Notes under the pieces: model-generated
The model's input: the letters and a program-made list of their open reading frames with translations, nothing else
What the model was told of the DNA's origin: nothing
The model's database searches: none
In this document: positions 56,571 through 64,000 of the stretch, one piece after another
Numbering within the stretch: the stretch's first letter is position 1
How the letters are laid out: the number at the start of each line of letters is the position of its first letter
From: Gemmatimonadota bacterium
Lineage (GTDB): Bacteria; Gemmatimonadota; Gemmatimonadetes; Gemmatimonadales; GWC2-71-9
Assembly (NCBI GenBank): GCA_003223415.1
Contig: QHUY01000017.1
Span: 6,739-70,738, forward strand
Direction: 5' to 3'
DNA length: 64,000 nucleotides
Made by a program: the position numbers and the translations under genes

Positions 56571-57527
56571 GTGGAGCGCGCCTATCTGATGGGCGCGCCG
56601 CGCAAAGGCAGCGACGACGCGCTGCGCGCCGAGGAGCATCTCGACGAGCTGGCGCGGCTCGCCGACACCGCCGGCGCCGCCGTCATCGGCCGCACCTTCC
56701 AGCGGGTCGACGCCCCCACACCGAACTACTTCCTCGGGGCTGGCAAGGTCGAGGAGCTGAAGAGTCTGCTGGGCGCCGCCGGGGCGACGCTGCTGCTATT
56801 CGACGAAGGCCTCTCCCCGGTGCAGGGCGTCAACCTCGAGCGGGCGCTCGGCATCCGCGTGATGGACCGGACCGAGGTCATCCTCGACATCTTCGCGACC
56901 CGCGCGCGCAGCCACGAAGCGAAGCTCCAGGTCGAGTTGGCGCAGCTCGAGTACCTGTTGCCGCGTCTCACGCGGATGTGGACTCACCTCTCGCGGATCC
57001 GCGGCGGCATCGGGCTGCGGGGCCCGGGCGAGACGCAGCTCGAAACGGACCGGCGCGTCATCCGCAAGAAGATCTCCACTCTACGGCGGCGGCTCGAGGA
57101 CGTGGCCGACCACCGCGCCAACCAGCGCCAAGGACGGCGCGACCTGCCCAGCGCCGCCCTGGCCGGCTACACCAACGCCGGCAAATCCAGCCTGCTGCGC
57201 GCGCTCTCAGGGGGAGGGGCCGACGTGTTCGTCGAGGACCGGCTCTTCGCCACCCTCGACACCCTCACCCGCGAGGTGGAGGTGGGGGACAACTACCGCG
57301 TCCGCCTCACCGACACTGTCGGGTTCATCCGCAAGCTGCCACACCACCTCGTCGCGTCGTTTCGCGCGACGCTCGAGGAGGCGCGCGAGGCGGACCTGCT
57401 GCTGCACGTCATCGACGCGGGACATCCGGCGTGGGAGGAACAGGTGGAGGTGGTGGACCGGGCGCTCATCGAAATGCGGAACTCGGAACTCGGAACGCGG
57501 AACGACAGTGGCAGTGCGGAGCGCTAG
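56571..57527 (+). CDS. hflX: GTPase HflX, N-terminal 318 aa ending at an in-frame TAG
   Basis: HflX N-domain, G1 GYTNAGKSSLL and G3 DTVGF. The frame continues after TAG 57525-57527 into the next ORF. Confidence 0.8.
   Translation: MERAYLMGAPRKGSDDALRAEEHLDELARLADTAGAAVIGRTFQRVDAPTPNYFLGAGKVEELKSLLGAAGATLLLFDEGLSPVQGVNLERALGIRVMDRTEVILDIFATRARSHEAKLQVELAQLEYLLPRLTRMWTHLSRIRGGIGLRGPGETQLETDRRVIRKKISTLRRRLEDVADHRANQRQGRRDLPSAALAGYTNAGKSSLLRALSGGGADVFVEDRLFATLDTLTREVEVGDNYRVRLTDTVGFIRKLPHHLVASFRATLEEAREADLLLHVIDAGHPAWEEQVEVVDRALIEMRNSELGTRNDSGSAER
57471..57505. repeat. GGAACTC/GGAACGC heptamer array in frame in hflX
   Basis: GAAATGC GGAACTC GGAACTC GGAACGC GGAACGA, translated as EMRNSELGTRN. 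Confidence 0.75.
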
Positions 57528-57539
57528 CGCGTCATTCAT

Positions 57540-57899
57540 GTGTTCAACAAGGCGGACCTGCTACCCGATCCGGAGGCGTTCCTCGCCCAGGTACGAGAGC
57601 GGTATCCCCACGCCGTGCTCACCTCATCTGTTCCGCATTCCGCATTCCGCACTCCGCATTCAGGTGTTGAGGGGCTGCGGGCCGTCCTCCGGACCTCCGC
57701 CCAGGCCCTCCGCCCCATCGCCCAGATCCGCGTGCCCCTGGCCGACGGCCGGCTGCTTGCCAACCTGCATCGTGACGCCGAGGTTATGGAGCAGGTGCAG
57801 ACCGATGGCGTCGTCGTGATCACCGCGCGGGTGGAGGCCAAGCTCTTGGGCAAGCTCCGCCGGGAAGGGGTGGAGGTGCTGTTGGGAACCGAGTTGTGA
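57540..57899 (+). CDS. hflX: HflX C-terminal fragment (G4 NKxD onward), same frame as 56571-57527
   Basis: VFNKADL is the G4 motif. The GVEGL (G5 region) follows the second repeat arm. Confidence 0.6.
   Translation: MFNKADLLPDPEAFLAQVRERYPHAVLTSSVPHSAFRTPHSGVEGLRAVLRTSAQALRPIAQIRVPLADGRLLANLHRDAEVMEQVQTDGVVVITARVEAKLLGKLRREGVEVLLGTEL
57627..57661. repeat. CGCATTC heptamer array (reverse orientation) in frame in hflX
   Basis: TCTGTTC CGCATTC CGCATTC CGCACTC CGCATTC, translated as SVPHSAFRTPHS. Nearly identical to the arm at 2566-2586. Confidence 0.75.
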
Positions 57900-59374
57900 T
57901 ACGGACCGCGGCGGCTGGTGCGTCCCCAGTTTCGGTGCAGCTCGGCCTGCAGCAGCAGGCGCCGTCCAACCTCCGCCGCCACGTCGCTCGCGAAGCGCTC
58001 CGGGTCGGTACCGTGTTCGCGGCCGATTTAGTCTCGTTCGTCACGATGCGCGCCTTCGTGCAGGCGGTCCGGGACGACCGCGTGCTCGGCGACGGCATCG
58101 CCCACCTGTTGCAGGTCGTCCTGGCGCGCGGCATCCTGAACGGCTGGCAGTTCGGCGTGGCGCTCGTGATCGCGCTGCTGGTCACGGGCAGCTACGGCCC
58201 CGGCGACCGGCGGCGCGACCCGCGGCGCCTGTTCGCCGCCGCCGCGCTCGCGACGGCGATGCCCATGTGGGCGGCCCTCTGGACCCGCGGCGTGGATCTC
58301 ACCCTGCTGCAGTACGCGGTCACCGCGGGGCTGGTCTGGATCGGCCTGCTCAGCGAGCGGCGGGCGACGGGGGTGCTGCTGGCCCGGCTCGGGCCGCCGG
58401 AGCATGAGGGGGCGCGCACGCTGTTCGTCGGCTCCGAGGCCGCGTGTCGCGAAGTGATGGCGCACGAGGCCGTGGGATTCGTGGACGTGGACAGCCCGCC
58501 GTCGCCCCGCGCGCTGGGACACATCGCGCAGTTCCCGGCGCTGCTGCACGCCGCGGCCGCCGACACGGTGGTGGTGTGCGGTCACCCCGGCGACGCCCGC
58601 CTGCGGGGGCTGGTCGCGGCGACGCTGGCGGCAGGGTGCCGGCTGCTGATCGCGCCGGGCACGCTGGAAGCGACGGGCGCCAGCCCGGCGATCGTGTGGC
58701 AGGACGGCCAGGCGCTGATCGAGCTCACGACCCCCGCCCTCAAGGGGCGGCAGCTGCTGGTCAAGCGCGCGGTCGATCTGATCGGGGGGCTCGGCGGGCT
58801 GGTCCTCGCCTCCCCCCTGATGTTGCTCCTCGCCGCCGCGATCAAGCTGGACTCGCCGGGCCCGGCGATCTTCGGCCAGGAGCGGATCGGCTCCGGCGGC
58901 CGGCGGTTCCGGGTCCTCAAGTTCCGGACGATGCGGCACGGCGCCTCGGACGCCGCCCACCGGGAGCTGATCCGGCGACTCCAGGCGGATGAGGTCGCGC
59001 CGCTTCCCCCGTCTCCCGTCTACAAGCTCGTCGACGACGACCGGGTGACGAGGGTGGGTCGCTGGCTGCGTCGCAGCTCGCTCGACGAGCTGCCGCAGCT
59101 GTTCAACGTGTTGCGGGGCGAGATGAGCCTGGTGGGACCGCGGCCCCCGGTGCCCTATGAGTTCGAGGGCTACGACCACTGGCAGTTCGACCGATTGCAA
59201 GTGAAGCCCGGGATAACCGGCCTGTGGCAGGTGTCGGGCCGCAGTCGCGTGAGCTTCCGGCAGATGTGCGAGCTGGACGTGGAGTATGTGCGCCGCTGGT
59301 CGCTCTGGCTCGACCTCCAGATCCTGCTGAAAACGATTCCCGTCGTGCTGTTCAACTCCGGCCGCGCCGCGTGA
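57896..59374 (+). CDS. exopolysaccharide polyprenyl glycosylphosphotransferase (large, WbaP/EpsB-like)
   Basis: N-terminal TMs, a central Rossmann-like region and a C-terminal PGPAIFGQERIG, LKFRTM, DELPQLFNVLRGEMSLVGPRP. Confidence 0.8.
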   Translation: MIRTAAAGASPVSVQLGLQQQAPSNLRRHVAREALRVGTVFAADLVSFVTMRAFVQAVRDDRVLGDGIAHLLQVVLARGILNGWQFGVALVIALLVTGSYGPGDRRRDPRRLFAAAALATAMPMWAALWTRGVDLTLLQYAVTAGLVWIGLLSERRATGVLLARLGPPEHEGARTLFVGSEAACREVMAHEAVGFVDVDSPPSPRALGHIAQFPALLHAAAADTVVVCGHPGDARLRGLVAATLAAGCRLLIAPGTLEATGASPAIVWQDGQALIELTTPALKGRQLLVKRAVDLIGGLGGLVLASPLMLLLAAAIKLDSPGPAIFGQERIGSGGRRFRVLKFRTMRHGASDAAHRELIRRLQADEVAPLPPSPVYKLVDDDRVTRVGRWLRRSSLDELPQLFNVLRGEMSLVGPRPPVPYEFEGYDHWQFDRLQVKPGITGLWQVSGRSRVSFRQMCELDVEYVRRWSLWLDLQILLKTIPVVLFNSGRAA

Positions 59375-60423
59375 AGGGCCAAGCCGTCCGAGTCGGGGTG
59401 GTGGGGTGCGGGTACTGGGGGCCCAACCTGGTGCGCAACTTCGCGCGCCATCCCCGCAGCCAGGTGCAGGCGGTGTGCGACACCCGCTTCGAGCGGGCGA
59501 CGCGCGTCGGGGCCGAGTACCGGATCCCCACCATCACCGACCGGGCCGAGGAAGTCCTGAAAGCGCCCGACCTCGACCTCGTGGTGATCGCTACGCCGTC
59601 GTTCACCCACTTCGAGCTCGCCAAGACGGCGCTGCTCGCGGGGAAGCACGTGCTCGTGATGAAGCCGCTCACGACGCGCGCGGACCAGGCCGAGGAGCTG
59701 TGCGAGCTGGCGGAGCGCCAGGGGGTGCGGCTCGCCGTCGACCATACGTTCGTCTTCACCGGCGCCGTGCAGCGGATGAAGCAGCTGATCGAGAGCGGCG
59801 AGATCGGCGAGCTGTATTACTTCGACTCGGTGCGGATCAATCTGGGGCTGTTCCAGACCGACGTGAACGTCATCTGGGATCTCGCGCCCCACGACGTGTC
59901 CATCATGGATTACGTGATCGGCCGGGATCCCGTCGCCGTCTCGGCGACGGGGGCGGCCCACGGGGGCAGCCCGACGGAGAACATCGCCTACGTGATCGTG
60001 CGCTTCGCGGGGTCGTTGATCGGGCACGTGCACGTCAACTGGCTCGCCCCCGCCAAGGTGCGGCGGACCATCGTGGGCGGCTCCAAGCGGATGATGATCT
60101 ACGATGACGTAGAGCCGAGCGAGAAGCTGCGGATCTACGACAAGGGATTCTCGGTGGCGCCGCACCCCTCGCCCGAGAACGAGTACCAGCTGTTGATCTC
60201 CTACCGCGCCGGCGACATGCACGCGCCGCAGCTGGAGACGCGGGAGGCGCTGGCGGTCGAGGTGGAGAACGTGATCAAGGCGATGCACGACGAGGAGCCG
60301 CTCGTGGCCGACGGGCGGGCGGGCTGGCGGGTCGTCCGGATTCTCGAGGCCGCCCAGCGCTCGATCGAGCAGGGCGGGGCCGTGCTGCCCCTGGCGACCC
60401 CGGTCGGGCCGAAGGCCCGATGA
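59371..60423 (+). CDS. Gfo/Idh/MocA family sugar-nucleotide oxidoreductase (WbpB-like)
   Basis: GTG 59371 overlaps the preceding stop. Has VGVVGCGYWGPN and the EKP-like MKPL motif. Confidence 0.8.
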   Translation: MKGQAVRVGVVGCGYWGPNLVRNFARHPRSQVQAVCDTRFERATRVGAEYRIPTITDRAEEVLKAPDLDLVVIATPSFTHFELAKTALLAGKHVLVMKPLTTRADQAEELCELAERQGVRLAVDHTFVFTGAVQRMKQLIESGEIGELYYFDSVRINLGLFQTDVNVIWDLAPHDVSIMDYVIGRDPVAVSATGAAHGGSPTENIAYVIVRFAGSLIGHVHVNWLAPAKVRRTIVGGSKRMMIYDDVEPSEKLRIYDKGFSVAPHPSPENEYQLLISYRAGDMHAPQLETREALAVEVENVIKAMHDEEPLVADGRAGWRVVRILEAAQRSIEQGGAVLPLATPVGPKAR

Positions 60424-60929
60424 CGACCTGGACGCCGGACGAGCGCGATGCCCTCACGCGCCGGATCGCCCCGGACGTGAAGCTGGGCAAGAACGTCCGG
60501 GTCCACGCCTTCGTCAACCTGTACGGCTGCGCCATCGGGGACGAGACCGCCATCGGCACCTTCGTCGAAATCCAGAAGGGGGTGACGGTCGGCGCGCGCT
60601 GCAAGATCCAGAGCCACTCCTTCATCTGTGAAGGCGTGACCCTCGAGGACGAGGTGTTCGTGGGGCACAACGTGAGCTTCCTCAACGACCGCTGGCCCGC
60701 GGCCGTGAACGACGACGGCACGCCCAAGGGTCCCGCCGACTGGCGGCTCGAGCGCACGCTCGTCAAGCGCCGCGCGTCCATCGGCAGCGGCGCCGTCATC
60801 CTTCCCGGCATCACCATCGGGTCGGGCGCCATCGTCGGGGCGGGGGCCGTCGTGACCACGGACGTGGCCGACGGCGCGATCGTCGTCGGGAATCCCGCGA
60901 AGCTGCGGCGCTACGTCAAGAAATCATAG
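60420..60929 (+). CDS. left-handed beta-helix sugar N-acetyltransferase (WbpD/QdtC-like)
   Basis: Hexapeptide repeats, FLNDRWP and VVGNPAK. Confidence 0.75.
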   Translation: MTTWTPDERDALTRRIAPDVKLGKNVRVHAFVNLYGCAIGDETAIGTFVEIQKGVTVGARCKIQSHSFICEGVTLEDEVFVGHNVSFLNDRWPAAVNDDGTPKGPADWRLERTLVKRRASIGSGAVILPGITIGSGAIVGAGAVVTTDVADGAIVVGNPAKLRRYVKKS

Positions 60930-60945
60930 GGTCCGGCGATCGACA

Positions 60946-62091
60946 GTGGTCAACCCTTCTCCCCGGACCGCGGCAAAGGCCGATCCAGCCGTCCCTTTTC
61001 TGGATCTCGTCTCCCAACACCGCGCGCTGGAAGAGGAGCTCGTCGTCGCCTTCCGTGGCGCCGTGCGCTCGGCGCGGTTTGTGGGCGGGCCGGAAGTGGC
61101 CGCCTTCGAGAGGGAGTTCGCGAGCGTCGTCGGGACGGCGGAAGCCGTCGGCCTCGCCAGCGGCACCGACGCCCTGCGGTTCGCTTACCTCGCCATGGGG
61201 GTGGGGCCCGGAGACGAGCTCATCACGGTGCCGAACACGTTCATCGCGACGTCGGAAACGATCACCCAGGCCGGCGGCACCATCCGATTCGTCGACATAG
61301 ACGAAGCGACGATGACGCTGGACCCCGCCGCGCTGGCGGCGGCCATCACCCCACGCACGGTGGGCATCGTGCCGGTGCACCTGTACGGCCAGCCCGCCGA
61401 CATGGATCCGATTCTCGCCGTGGCCGCGAGGCACGGGCTGTGGGTGGTCGAGGACGCCGCCCAGGCGCACGGCGCGACCTACAAGGGTCGCCCGGCCGGC
61501 TCGCTCGGCGCGCTGGCGGCGTTCAGCTTCTATCCGGGCAAGAACCTGGGGGCCTGTGGGGAAGCCGGCGCGACGGTCGGGAACGACCGGGCGCGCCTCG
61601 ACGTCGTGCGCCAGCTGCGCGAGCACGGGCAGGCGAAGAAGTACTATCACGATAGCGAGGGCTACAACGGTCGGCTCGACGCCATTCAGGCCGCGTTCCT
61701 GCGCATCAAGCTGCGACACCTGCCGGCGTGGACCGACGGCCGCCGCCGCGCAGCGACGTGGTACCGGGAGGCGCTGGCCGACGTTGCTGAGGTTCACCTG
61801 CCGACCGAGGCGCGGTACGCCCGGCACTCCTACCACCTGTTCGTGATTCGGGCGGAGCGACGCGACGCGCTGCAGGCCCATCTCACCCAGGAGCAGATCG
61901 GCACGGGGCTGCACTACCCGCTGCCCCTGCATCTCCAAAACGCATATAGAGGAATGGGGCTGCGGAAGGGCGCTTTCCCGATCACGGAACGGACCGCCGC
62001 GACCTGCCTCAGCTTGCCGATGTTCCCGGAGGTCACGGAGAGCCAAGTCGCGCGGGTGGCGGACGCCGTTCGACGTTTTTTCCGGGGCTAG
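60946..62091 (+). CDS. DegT/DnrJ/EryC1/StrS family aminotransferase (WbpE-like)
   Basis: Has PFLDL, DAAQAHGA and the SFYPGKNLGA PLP-lysine motif. Confidence 0.85.
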   Translation: MVNPSPRTAAKADPAVPFLDLVSQHRALEEELVVAFRGAVRSARFVGGPEVAAFEREFASVVGTAEAVGLASGTDALRFAYLAMGVGPGDELITVPNTFIATSETITQAGGTIRFVDIDEATMTLDPAALAAAITPRTVGIVPVHLYGQPADMDPILAVAARHGLWVVEDAAQAHGATYKGRPAGSLGALAAFSFYPGKNLGACGEAGATVGNDRARLDVVRQLREHGQAKKYYHDSEGYNGRLDAIQAAFLRIKLRHLPAWTDGRRRAATWYREALADVAEVHLPTEARYARHSYHLFVIRAERRDALQAHLTQEQIGTGLHYPLPLHLQNAYRGMGLRKGAFPITERTAATCLSLPMFPEVTESQVARVADAVRRFFRG

Positions 62092-62109
62092 GCCGCGCGC
62101 CCGTCCCCT

Positions 62110-63552
62110 GTGTGGCTCCACCGTCTCTGGGATGCGCGCCGCCGGCGATTCCATCCGCTCGCCGATGCAGCGCTGGCGATCGGCGTCGCCGGCGCCGGCC
62201 GCATTGCGCTCAACAGCCTGATCAGCGTCGGGTTCGGCGCCGCGGTGTTCGGCCGCTACGCGGCCGCCGCCGCCGGTGTGTTGCTCGTCGGCAGCCTGGC
62301 GGCGAGCGGCCCGTCGGCCGCCACGACGCTCGGCGTCGCGCGACGCTGGGGACCGGCACCGGGCACACTGCCGCGCGGCCTGATCGCTTTTCTCGCGCGG
62401 CTGTTGCTCGTCTTCGTGGCCCTGGCCGTGCTCGCGGCGTTGCTAGTTCGTCGCCACGACCCGGTGCCGCTGCCGCTTTGGGGGGCGGCGATGCTGGGCT
62501 ACGTGCTCTACCAGGTGGCGCGCTCCGCGGGGTATGCGCTCGACCGCGCCGACGCGGTCACGCGCGCAGAGGCGATCGGGGCGACCCTGCCACTGCTCGC
62601 GGTCGCTCTCCTCCTCGCCCGGCCTCCCGCCCAGCCGGTCGCCTGGCTGATAGCGGCGTTCACCCTGGGGCCCGTCGCGTTCCTCATGGGGTTCGGGTGG
62701 TGGAACCGCGGGCGCGTGCGGGTCGTCCCGGGACCTCTGACGCCCGAGGAGCGCCGGCGCGGCCTGCGCGAGAGCGCGATGTTCCTGCTGGGTGCCGGTA
62801 GCTCCATGGCGATGCAATATCTTCCGGTGGTCATCGCGGGCCGGCTCGAGGCGACTACGACGGCCGCGGTGTTGTTCGGCGCCCTGCAGGCCACGACGCC
62901 GCTGCTGTTGCTGCCGCGCGTGTACGGTGCGGTGATGATGCCGGCATTCGCCGCGGACACGGGGGCAGACCGCGTCGCCGATCACCTCGCCCTGGTACGA
63001 CCGCTGTTCGTGCCCAGCCTGGCGCTGGCGCTGGGGCTCGCGCCGTGGGTCGCCGCCTCGCTCGGCCTGCGCCCCGAGCCGTCCGCGATGAGCGTGGCGG
63101 CGCTGGTGGCGCTGATGACGCTGCTGCAGGTCTGGGCGACTCCCGCGGTGACGGTGCTGAGCGCGCGGCAACGGGAAGTGATCCCGGCCGTCGCGAGCGC
63201 TGCCGGCCTCGCCGTGGCCGGCGCGGTGTGGGTCGTGGCGGTCCGAGGCGATGCCGTGCTGCTGCTCCCCGTGGGATTGGCACTGGGCGCGGTGGTTCGC
63301 AGCCTCGTGCCCGTGTGGATGCTGTCCGGCCGGCCGCTCGGGCGTCTGGACGGCCCGACGCTGCGGCGACTGGTGCTGTCGGTGGCGTTGGCCGTCTCCA
63401 TCGCGGTCTTGAGCCGCGGCACGACCGTGGTCGCGCTCGCCGGCGGCGCGGCGTTGATTACCACCGGGCTCTTCGCCTGCTACCGCGTCTGGGCCACCCT
63501 GCCGCGAGGGGAGGAGCACGCTGCGAACCGTCCCCAGGCGATGACGCTGTGA
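62110..63552 (+). CDS. polytopic membrane protein, polysaccharide flippase (Wzx/MOP)-like
   Basis: 480 aa, roughly 12 or more hydrophobic segments, inside the sugar cluster. No sharp motif. Confidence 0.5.
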   Translation: MWLHRLWDARRRRFHPLADAALAIGVAGAGRIALNSLISVGFGAAVFGRYAAAAAGVLLVGSLAASGPSAATTLGVARRWGPAPGTLPRGLIAFLARLLLVFVALAVLAALLVRRHDPVPLPLWGAAMLGYVLYQVARSAGYALDRADAVTRAEAIGATLPLLAVALLLARPPAQPVAWLIAAFTLGPVAFLMGFGWWNRGRVRVVPGPLTPEERRRGLRESAMFLLGAGSSMAMQYLPVVIAGRLEATTTAAVLFGALQATTPLLLLPRVYGAVMMPAFAADTGADRVADHLALVRPLFVPSLALALGLAPWVAASLGLRPEPSAMSVAALVALMTLLQVWATPAVTVLSARQREVIPAVASAAGLAVAGAVWVVAVRGDAVLLLPVGLALGAVVRSLVPVWMLSGRPLGRLDGPTLRRLVLSVALAVSIAVLSRGTTVVALAGGAALITTGLFACYRVWATLPRGEEHAANRPQAMTL

Positions 63553-64000
63553 GCCGGCGCGACCGTCCTCTCGCGCTGTTCTTCGGAACGCGGCCGCAGG
63601 TGATCAAGGCCAGCGTGCTGCGTGAGGCGCTCGCGGTAGCTGCGCCGGTGATCGCCGTAGATACGGGCCAGCACTACGACCACGCGCTGCACCAGATCCA
63701 TTACGACCAGCTCGGTGTGGCCCCGCCGGACGTTTCCCTGGGGGTCGGCTCGGCCTCGCATGGGGAGCAGACGGCGGCGATCCTCACAGCCGCCGAGCAG
63801 TGGATCGTGGCACACCGTCCCCGCGCCGCGGTCGTCATCGGCGACACCAACTCCACGCTCGCCTGCGCGCTCGCCGCCGCCAAGGGCCGGGTGCCCGTGG
63901 CGCACGTGGAGGCGGGACTGCGCGCGGCCGACGCACTGATGGCTGAGGAGATCAATCGCCGCTGCGTGGACGCGATCGCGGCGGTCCTGTTTGCGCCGAG
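63549..64000 (+). CDS. UDP-N-acetylglucosamine 2-epimerase (non-hydrolysing), 5' partial at window edge
   Basis: Translated by hand from GTG 63549 (GTGA overlap). Has FGTRPQVIKA, DTGQHYD, VIGDTNSTLA and HVEAGLR...EEINRR. Not in the ORF track because it runs off the window. Confidence 0.8.
   Translation, partial: MSRRDRPLALFFGTRPQVIKASVLREALAVAAPVIAVDTGQHYDHALHQIHYDQLGVAPPDVSLGVGSASHGEQTAAILTAAEQWIVAHRPRAAVVIGDTNSTLACALAAAKGRVPVAHVEAGLRAADALMAEEINRRCVDAIAAVLFAP

Overview
This is a very GC-rich bacterial chromosome segment (GC judged by eye, not computed). The Tol-Pal genes, an LptD-like barrel and a TonB-like protein indicate a diderm. A Gemmatimonadota-like or FCB-type lineage is a low-confidence guess. 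Nearly all real genes are on the + strand and tightly packed, often with ATGA/GTGA start-stop overlaps. In order they are: uvrB, tsaE, tsaB, rimI, ssb, a LysM protein, a CcsA/HemX-like protein, hemA, an epimerase, tolQ-tolR-tonB-like-tolB-pal-ybgF, a tatC ORF fused in frame to an LptD-like protein, a lipoprotein, hutH-hutU-hutI, a large TPR protein, a polyprenyl synthase, DUF4321, two tatA paralogs, ppiD-like (-), a frameshifted TPR gene, aroQ, pepP, accB-pilT-accC, comB, ftsK, yraN, recA, recX, alaS, a GGGP-synthase homolog, SIS and SDR proteins, cca, a ZIP transporter, a four-helix-bundle protein (-), rarA, a LEA_2 lipoprotein, and then a surface-polysaccharide locus. That locus holds an LMW-PTP, two deacetylases, lhgO, GT4, GT2, two sugar transferases, an interrupted hflX, a WbpB/D/E-like trio, a flippase-like protein and a partial 2-epimerase. 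I found no rRNA, tRNA, CRISPR array, transposase or recognisable defence genes. The most unusual signal is at the DNA level. A dispersed family of hairpin elements has arms made of short tandem arrays of 7-8 nt units ([36 protein letters not shown] and CGTCAGT-like). These occur at about eleven loci. Several lie in frame inside essential genes (ftsK, cca, rarA, tolB, hflX). One carries a complete four-helix-bundle (Avd / 23S-IVS family) gene in its loop. Other notable points are the tatC::lptD-like fusion, an in-frame TAG in hflX, a TPR gene broken by two compensating frameshifts, pilT inserted between accB and accC, and many 8-14 nt G or C homopolymers inside coding regions. Most of the long antisense ORFs in the track are GC-driven shadow ORFs.
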